This document shows positions 58,551 to 64,000 of a stretch of 64,000 nucleotides of DNA, one piece after another; positions within the stretch are counted from its first letter, which is position 1, and each line of letters starts with the position of its first letter. The stretch is taken from NCBI GenBank assembly GCA_051874135.1, contig JBJEFO010000128.1:807-64806 (forward strand), written 5' to 3'. The notes under the pieces were generated by a model. It made no database searches. It was not told the DNA's origin and was given only the letters and a program-made list of their open reading frames with translations. Source of the stretch: Lysinibacillus sp. Its GTDB lineage: Bacteria > Bacillota > Bacilli > Bacillales_A > Planococcaceae. The position numbers and the translations under genes were made by a program.

Positions 58551-58566
58551 CATCGTTATATTTTCG

Positions 58567-61020
58567 TTATACTTCTGCTTGTTCCTCTACTTTTTCATCC
58601 TTACCGCGGACGATGAATTCACCATCTTTGTAATCAAACACAACGACTTGACCTGTTAATACATTGCCTTTTAATAGTTCCTCTGATAAACGGTCTTCCA
58701 CATTTTTTTGCAGCGCTCGGCGGATCGGACGTGCACCATATTGTGGATCATAGCCTTCCTGTGCAATCTTCTCGAGCGCTGATTCTGTTAGCTCTAGCTC
58801 GATATCTTGCTCTTTTAAACGCTTTGTTAACGCGTTTGCCATAAATGAAACAATTTCTTTTAATTGTTCTTTTTCTAATGAGTGGAACACAATCATTTCA
58901 TCGATACGGTTTAAGAACTCTGGGCGGAATGCTTTTTTCAGCTCTTCTAGCATTGTTGACTTCATATCTTTATATTTAGAAGTTGTATCACCTAAGCTGA
59001 AGCCTAGATTTTTCTGATATTTTAGTGCGTCCGCTCCAACATTCGATGTCATAATAACAACCGTATTACGGAAGTCTACTGTACGACCTTTCGAATCCGT
59101 TAAGCGACCATCATCTAATACTTGTAATAAAATATTGAATACGTCTGGGTGTGCTTTTTCAATTTCATCTAGTAGCACAACTGAGTATGGTTTACGACGT
59201 ACCTTTTCTGTTAATTGACCACCTTCATCGAAGCCTACATAGCCTGGAGGTGCACCAACTAAACGTGAAGTCGCATGCTTCTCCATGTACTCTGACATGT
59301 CAATACGAATCATCGCATCCTCGTCACCAAACATAACTTCTGCAAGTGCACGTGCTAATTCTGTTTTACCAACACCTGTTGGTCCAAGGAAGATGAATGA
59401 ACCAATCGGACGCTTTGGATCTTTAAGTCCAGCGCGTGCACGACGGATTGCACGTGAAATTGCTTCTACCGCTTCTTCTTGACCAACTACACGTTTGTGT
59501 AATTCTTCTTCTAGATTTAAAAGCTTGGCAGACTCTTCTTGTGCAATTTTCGATACCGGAATTCCTGTCCACATTGAAACAACCATCGCGATATCATCTA
59601 CTGTTACTTCTGCTTCTTCTTTACCTTGTTTTTCTTTCCAAGCTTTTTTCGTTTGCTCTAATTCTTCTTTAATCTTTTGCTCTGTATCACGAAGTGCCGC
59701 TGCTTTTTCAAACTCTTGGCTTTGTACAGCTGCATTTTTTTCAGAACGTACATTTTCAAGCTTGTTTTCAAGCTCTTTTAAGCTTGGTGGTATTGTGAAT
59801 GAGCGTAGTCGTACTTTCGAACCCGCCTCATCAATTAAATCAATCGCTTTATCCGGTAAGAAGCGATCTGAAATGTAACGGTCTGATAATTTTGCTGCTG
59901 CATCTACTGCCTCATCTGTAATTTTCACACGGTGATGCGCTTCATAGCGATCACGTAAGCCTTTAATAATTTGGATTGTTTCTTCAATTGTTGGCTCATC
60001 TACTTGAATCGGTTGGAAGCGGCGCTCTAATGCTGCATCTTTTTCGATATATTTACGGTACTCATCAAGCGTTGTAGCACCGATACATTGTAATTCACCG
60101 CGTGCAAGAGATGGCTTTAGAATGTTCGATGCATCAATCGCACCTTCTGCACCACCTGCACCGATTAATGTATGAAGCTCGTCGATAAATAGAATAATAT
60201 TACCCGCTTGGCGAATTTCATCCATTACCTTTTTCAAACGATCTTCAAACTCACCTCGATATTTCGTACCGGCAACAACTGTCCCCATATCTAACGTCAT
60301 CACGCGTTTATCGCGCAATGTTTCAGGTACTTCGTTGTTCACGATTTGCTGTGCTAATCCTTCTGCAATCGCTGTCTTACCAACACCTGGCTCACCAATT
60401 AATACCGGGTTATTTTTCGTACGACGTGATAATACTTCTACTACACGTGTAATTTCTTTCGAGCGACCAATAACTGGGTCAAGTGCACCTTCACGAGCAA
60501 CTGCTGTTAAATCCCGTGCTAAACTATCAAGCGTTGGTGTACTAGCTGCTTGACTTTGCGCTTGATTACCTGGCGCATTTGAATCGTTATTACCAAGTAG
60601 TAACAATACTTGTTGACGTGCTTTATTTAAACTTACCCCTGTATTTGCAAGTACTCTCGCAGCAACGCCTTCACCTTCACGAATTAACGCAAGTAAAATA
60701 TGTTCTGTTCCGATATAAGAATGGCCCAGTTTACGAGACTCATCTACTGAAAGTTCGATTACTTTTTTTGCTCGCGGTGTGTAGTGAACGATTGGGCCAA
60801 CGTTTTCTGTTCCTTTGCCTACTAGCTCCTCGATACCTGATTCAATCATTTGCGGACTAATATCGATTGCTTCTAGCGCTTTTGCTGCAATGCCGCCACC
60901 TTCACGGATTAGACCAAGTAAAATATGCTCTGTTCCGATTGACTCATGTTTCCAGCGAATCGCTTCTTCCTGCGCTAATTGTAAAACTTTTTGTGCACGT
61001 TGCGTAAATCGATTAAACAT
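58567..61020 (-). CDS. clpC: ATP-dependent Clp protease ATPase ClpC
   Basis: ClpN repeats, two Walker A motifs ([16 protein letters not shown]), UVR coiled coil, LGF ClpP-docking loop; start MFNRFT. Confidence 0.99.
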   Translation of the reverse strand: MFNRFTQRAQKVLQLAQEEAIRWKHESIGTEHILLGLIREGGGIAAKALEAIDISPQMIESGIEELVGKGTENVGPIVHYTPRAKKVIELSVDESRKLGHSYIGTEHILLALIREGEGVAARVLANTGVSLNKARQQVLLLLGNNDSNAPGNQAQSQAASTPTLDSLARDLTAVAREGALDPVIGRSKEITRVVEVLSRRTKNNPVLIGEPGVGKTAIAEGLAQQIVNNEVPETLRDKRVMTLDMGTVVAGTKYRGEFEDRLKKVMDEIRQAGNIILFIDELHTLIGAGGAEGAIDASNILKPSLARGELQCIGATTLDEYRKYIEKDAALERRFQPIQVDEPTIEETIQIIKGLRDRYEAHHRVKITDEAVDAAAKLSDRYISDRFLPDKAIDLIDEAGSKVRLRSFTIPPSLKELENKLENVRSEKNAAVQSQEFEKAAALRDTEQKIKEELEQTKKAWKEKQGKEEAEVTVDDIAMVVSMWTGIPVSKIAQEESAKLLNLEEELHKRVVGQEEAVEAISRAIRRARAGLKDPKRPIGSFIFLGPTGVGKTELARALAEVMFGDEDAMIRIDMSEYMEKHATSRLVGAPPGYVGFDEGGQLTEKVRRKPYSVVLLDEIEKAHPDVFNILLQVLDDGRLTDSKGRTVDFRNTVVIMTSNVGADALKYQKNLGFSLGDTTSKYKDMKSTMLEELKKAFRPEFLNRIDEMIVFHSLEKEQLKEIVSFMANALTKRLKEQDIELELTESALEKIAQEGYDPQYGARPIRRALQKNVEDRLSEELLKGNVLTGQVVVFDYKDGEFIVRGKDEKVEEQAEV

Positions 61021-62122
61021 CATACAAATCCTCTCCTTTTCCCCTTTTAGTAGGTTCATTTCGACTATAAGTAGCCAACTTCTCTTGCAGTATTTTAGCG
61101 CGAAAAATATCACGTTCATCTGCTTGCAATGTCGTACCTGCATGTTGTTGAATAAAGCCTGGTTGGATGACTAGCATACATTCATTTAATTGATCAAGTG
61201 AAATATCGCTAATCATTTGCAAATCTACTGCTAATCGCACATTTGATAAACAAGATGACGCTTCTTCACTCGATAATATGCGTGCATACATCAATATTCC
61301 TAACGAGCGATAAAGACGATCTTCCAATGCAATCGGTGCACGAGCAAATAATTGCTTACGCGCCTGATGCTCTTTTTGAATAATTTGTTCCACTACACTT
61401 TGCAAATCATCTAAAATATCACGCTCTGATTTTCCTAGTGTAATTTGGTTGGAAATCTGATAAATGTTCCCTAGATTTTCGCTTCCCTCTCCATAAATAC
61501 CTCGTACGACCATGCCTAACCTTGCCATTGTTTGAACTAAAACATTCATTTGTTTAGTCATTGTCAGCGCTGGTAAATGCATCATAACCGAGGCCCGAAG
61601 ACCCGTACCAACGTTTGTCGGACAACTTGTCAAATACCCTAGTTGTTCATCATACGCGTACATGAGCTTTTCTTCTAAGTATTTATCGAGTTCATTTGCT
61701 TTAGCATATGTTTCATGTAGTTGTAATCCCGCTGCTAAGCATTGTATACGAATATGGTCCTCTTCATTCACCATAACACTAATTGATTCATCTTCTGTCA
61801 AAAAAACGGATGCAGATTTTTCACATTTCGCTAGGTTCGGACTAATTAAATGCTTCTCAACTAGTACTAAACGTTGTAGAGCGGACATTTCCTTCATTGG
61901 AAAATACGAAAACCTCGGTCCCTCATCGCGAATAGCAAGAAGTGTCTGCAATACAGACTCATCTATTTTTTTTGCATCTTCTTCAGAAAAGCTGGCAGGG
62001 AACCGGAATCCAGTTAAATTTCGTGCAAGACGAATACGTGTACTCATTACGATATCTGCATGTTCACCTGTTGCTTTAATCCAAGACGGTAATGTATTTT
62101 TTAAAAAATGTTCGATATTCAC
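61013..62122 (-). CDS. mcsB: Protein arginine kinase McsB
   Basis: [33 protein letters not shown]. Confidence 0.98.
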   Translation of the reverse strand: MNIEHFLKNTLPSWIKATGEHADIVMSTRIRLARNLTGFRFPASFSEEDAKKIDESVLQTLLAIRDEGPRFSYFPMKEMSALQRLVLVEKHLISPNLAKCEKSASVFLTEDESISVMVNEEDHIRIQCLAAGLQLHETYAKANELDKYLEEKLMYAYDEQLGYLTSCPTNVGTGLRASVMMHLPALTMTKQMNVLVQTMARLGMVVRGIYGEGSENLGNIYQISNQITLGKSERDILDDLQSVVEQIIQKEHQARKQLFARAPIALEDRLYRSLGILMYARILSSEEASSCLSNVRLAVDLQMISDISLDQLNECMLVIQPGFIQQHAGTTLQADERDIFRAKILQEKLATYSRNEPTKRGKGEDLYDV

Positions 62123-62664
62123 GGTGTATCCACACCTCCAACATGTAGCCTTTTTTCGATTGCACGTACTTCATCCCGAAGTCTTGCTGCTTCTTCAAAA
62201 TGTTCTTCTGCAATCGCTCGTTGCATTTGTTGGCGAATCAATTCAATTTGCTTTTGATAATTCAACGTTTGCTTTTCTTCCGTTTGAGTTTTGCCTACAT
62301 GCTTTACGTCTGCCTGTAAACGTTTTAAAACAGGTGGTAATTGCGTGCGGAATGTATCATAACACTTGGCACAGCCAAATTTACCGCCCTTTAAAAATTG
62401 ACGATACGTAAATCCACATGACGGGCAGGCGCCTTGTTGCTTGTTTTGATGAGCCTCTTCCTGCACCTTACTTTTCCACTTTGGTAGTCCAAACCAATCT
62501 GACATTAATTGATGAATTGATACAGGTTCCTCCTGCGTCTCGACTTGAAATGGATAAAACTTTGCTGCACATACTTCACAATAATGGTGCTCTGATTTTG
62601 CACCACTTTTCACTTGTGTTATTGTCACAGTAGCATTCCGCTGCTTACAGTGCTCACAAATCAC
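62119..62664 (-). CDS. mcsA: McsA activator
   Basis: Four CxxC motifs plus a UVR domain (EEHFEEAARLRDE). Confidence 0.97.
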   Translation of the reverse strand: MICEHCKQRNATVTITQVKSGAKSEHHYCEVCAAKFYPFQVETQEEPVSIHQLMSDWFGLPKWKSKVQEEAHQNKQQGACPSCGFTYRQFLKGGKFGCAKCYDTFRTQLPPVLKRLQADVKHVGKTQTEEKQTLNYQKQIELIRQQMQRAIAEEHFEEAARLRDEVRAIEKRLHVGGVDTP

Positions 62665-63137
62665 GTTTGGTCACCCCTCTCAAATTTCAGCGTCATTAAC
62701 ATCGCTTTTAAAATCCGAGCGCGAATTTCATCTCGCATCGGTAGCGGTAATTGTAGTGTCGAGCGGTCAATCGCTGCAAACATGAGTTTTGCTTCCCGTT
62801 TTGAAACGATCTCTTCATCAATCATTCTGTAGATAATATGCTCCGTTACCACTTGTGGTGCGCTTGCATCAATTTGTGCTAGCATCTCATCAAATAACGC
62901 TTCCTTTGAATGTGATTCAACACGTAAAATACGAATATATCCACCACCACCGCGCTTACTTTCCACTAAATAACCGCGTTCTGCTGTAAATCTTGTATTA
63001 ATGACGTAATTAATTTGTGAAGGTACACATTGAAATTTATCCGCTAATTCACTGCGCTTAATTTCAACATGCCCTTTTCCTTCTAATTCGATAATTTGTT
63101 TTAAATAACCTTCAATAATGTCTGAGATATTCCTCAT
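62661..63137 (-). CDS. ctsR: Heat-shock repressor CtsR
   Basis: MRNISDIIE, VPSQINYVINTRF, SKRGGGGYIRI. Confidence 0.98.
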   Translation of the reverse strand: MRNISDIIEGYLKQIIELEGKGHVEIKRSELADKFQCVPSQINYVINTRFTAERGYLVESKRGGGGYIRILRVESHSKEALFDEMLAQIDASAPQVVTEHIIYRMIDEEIVSKREAKLMFAAIDRSTLQLPLPMRDEIRARILKAMLMTLKFERGDQT

Positions 63138-63167
63138 TTTAGTCCTCACCCCAGTTCACACACTGAC

Positions 63168-63215
63168 TTTGACTATCTTTGACTATATTATAAAAACGTC
63201 AAAATCGTTTTGCAA
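63168..63215 (-). promoter_or_regulatory. CtsR box and sigma-A promoter of the ctsR operon
   Basis: AGTCAAA-gat-AGTCAAA (63168-63184) directly after TTGCAA-17 nt-TATAAT (63187-63215). Confidence 0.9.
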
Positions 63216-63268
63216 TTAAAAAGTCCACTCTTTTTTGAATAACAAAAACTTATACTTTCTCGACAAAT

Positions 63269-63303
63269 AAAAAAGCAAAACCTTCGTTACCAAAGATTTT
63301 GCC
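63269..63303 (-). terminator. Terminator after the DUF4870-like gene
   Basis: Minus strand gcaaaatctt...aaggttttgc followed by tttttt. Confidence 0.6.
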
Positions 63304-63317
63304 GTTTTGTGGATGAA

Positions 63318-63635
63318 TTATACCCAACGTCCAACAATTGGGTAGTTCCAATATGTGCCATTCAGTGCTTTCACAATACCAATAATCGGCACAATCACAG
63401 TCATTAAAGCAAAGACAATTAAGAATGGAATTCCAATTAAGAAAACCGATAAAAAAGCTGAAATTGTAATTAAAACAGCCATTACTAATTGGAACAGCAA
63501 CGCTTGAATAGATAAGCTTTTCACATGTTCATCCTCACTTAATATGAAAAATAATATCGGTACTAACATTGAAATATAAAATGCTGAAAAGAATGTACTG
63601 GCATGCACAATCACCTTTGCCCATTTATCTTCCAT
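63318..63635 (-). CDS. DUF4870-like small membrane protein
   Basis: About 3 TMs, QALLFQ, IIGIVKALNG..WNYP motif. Confidence 0.75.
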   Translation of the reverse strand: MEDKWAKVIVHASTFFSAFYISMLVPILFFILSEDEHVKSLSIQALLFQLVMAVLITISAFLSVFLIGIPFLIVFALMTVIVPIIGIVKALNGTYWNYPIVGRWV

Positions 63636-63744
63636 TTATCATCAACCTACCTTTTAATTTTTTCTTATAATACATATACGAACGAGTAATAAATTAGTTT
63701 CAAAAAAAGTAAAACCACCTCATCAAACTGAGATGGCTTTAAAA

Positions 63745-63960
63745 TTATTTATATGGCCCCACATCATCCGGATTATCTCCTTCTTGCGGGAATAGTAAAT
63801 ATGAAATAATTGCTGTAAAAATTGTGGCAGCTGTTAAAATTAAAAACTTATCCTTCGACGCTACCTCTGGATAACGATTGAATAACATGAACGTAGAAGC
63901 AACTGCTACAACGACTGTTAATGGAATAACGAATTTTAAACGTTTTTTATGAAATTTCAT
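63745..63960 (-). CDS. Small two-TM hypothetical membrane protein
   Basis: Basic N-terminus plus two hydrophobic segments; SD AAGGGAG; hairpin at 63711-63740 downstream. Confidence 0.7.
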   Translation of the reverse strand: MKFHKKRLKFVIPLTVVVAVASTFMLFNRYPEVASKDKFLILTAATIFTAIISYLLFPQEGDNPDDVGPYK

Positions 63961-64000
63961 CGCAAACTCCCTTTACATTTATTTATAAAAATGAAGGGAC

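Noticed and set aside
58442-58633. 63-aa plus-strand ORF overlapping the clpC 3' end
   Set aside because: The SD fits the ATG at 58437 in another frame better; this ORF crosses the terminator and runs antisense into clpC

Overview
Core chromosomal region of a low-GC Bacillales genome; the protein sequences look Lysinibacillus/Solibacillus-like, which is an inference. Almost everything lies on the minus strand. In transcription order (right to left): two small membrane proteins, ctsR-mcsA-mcsB-clpC, a ~750-nt ORF-poor spacer, radA, a convergent SatP-family acetate permease, yacL-ispD-ispF-gltX, a Cys T-box, cysS-mrnC-rlmB-rae1-sigH-rpmG-secE-nusG-rplK-rplA-rplJ-rplL-rsmC-rpoB-rpoC-ybxF-rpsL-rpsG-fusA-tuf, a ~10.5-kb accessory block (malate synthase G, a convergent LysR regulator, a BceRS-BceAB-like module, a polar amino-acid ABC transporter), the complete S10-spc-alpha ribosomal cluster, ecfA1-ecfA2-ecfT-truA and rplM-rpsI. 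rpmJ, rpmD and rpmG were missing from the ORF track and were translated by hand. Recognisable cis-elements include L13, S10 and L10 leaders, two L1 sites, a Cys T-box, a CtsR box, a BceR-type box, many sigma-A promoters and terminators. I saw no rRNA, tRNA, CRISPR array or intact mobile element. I found no clear new multi-gene system. The best leads are non-coding: a ~430-nt structured adk-infA spacer where map and the KOW-protein gene normally sit, a terminator plus hairpin array between rpoB and rpoC, an L17DE-like element with an alternative 13-bp pairing after rplQ, and the clpC-radA spacer (45-bp-arm inverted repeat, SD-led 19-codon ORF, L33-like fragment). cysE, disA and map are absent from their usual loci, and RpoC carries a ~28-aa insertion. 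All comparisons with reference organisms are from memory and need database confirmation.
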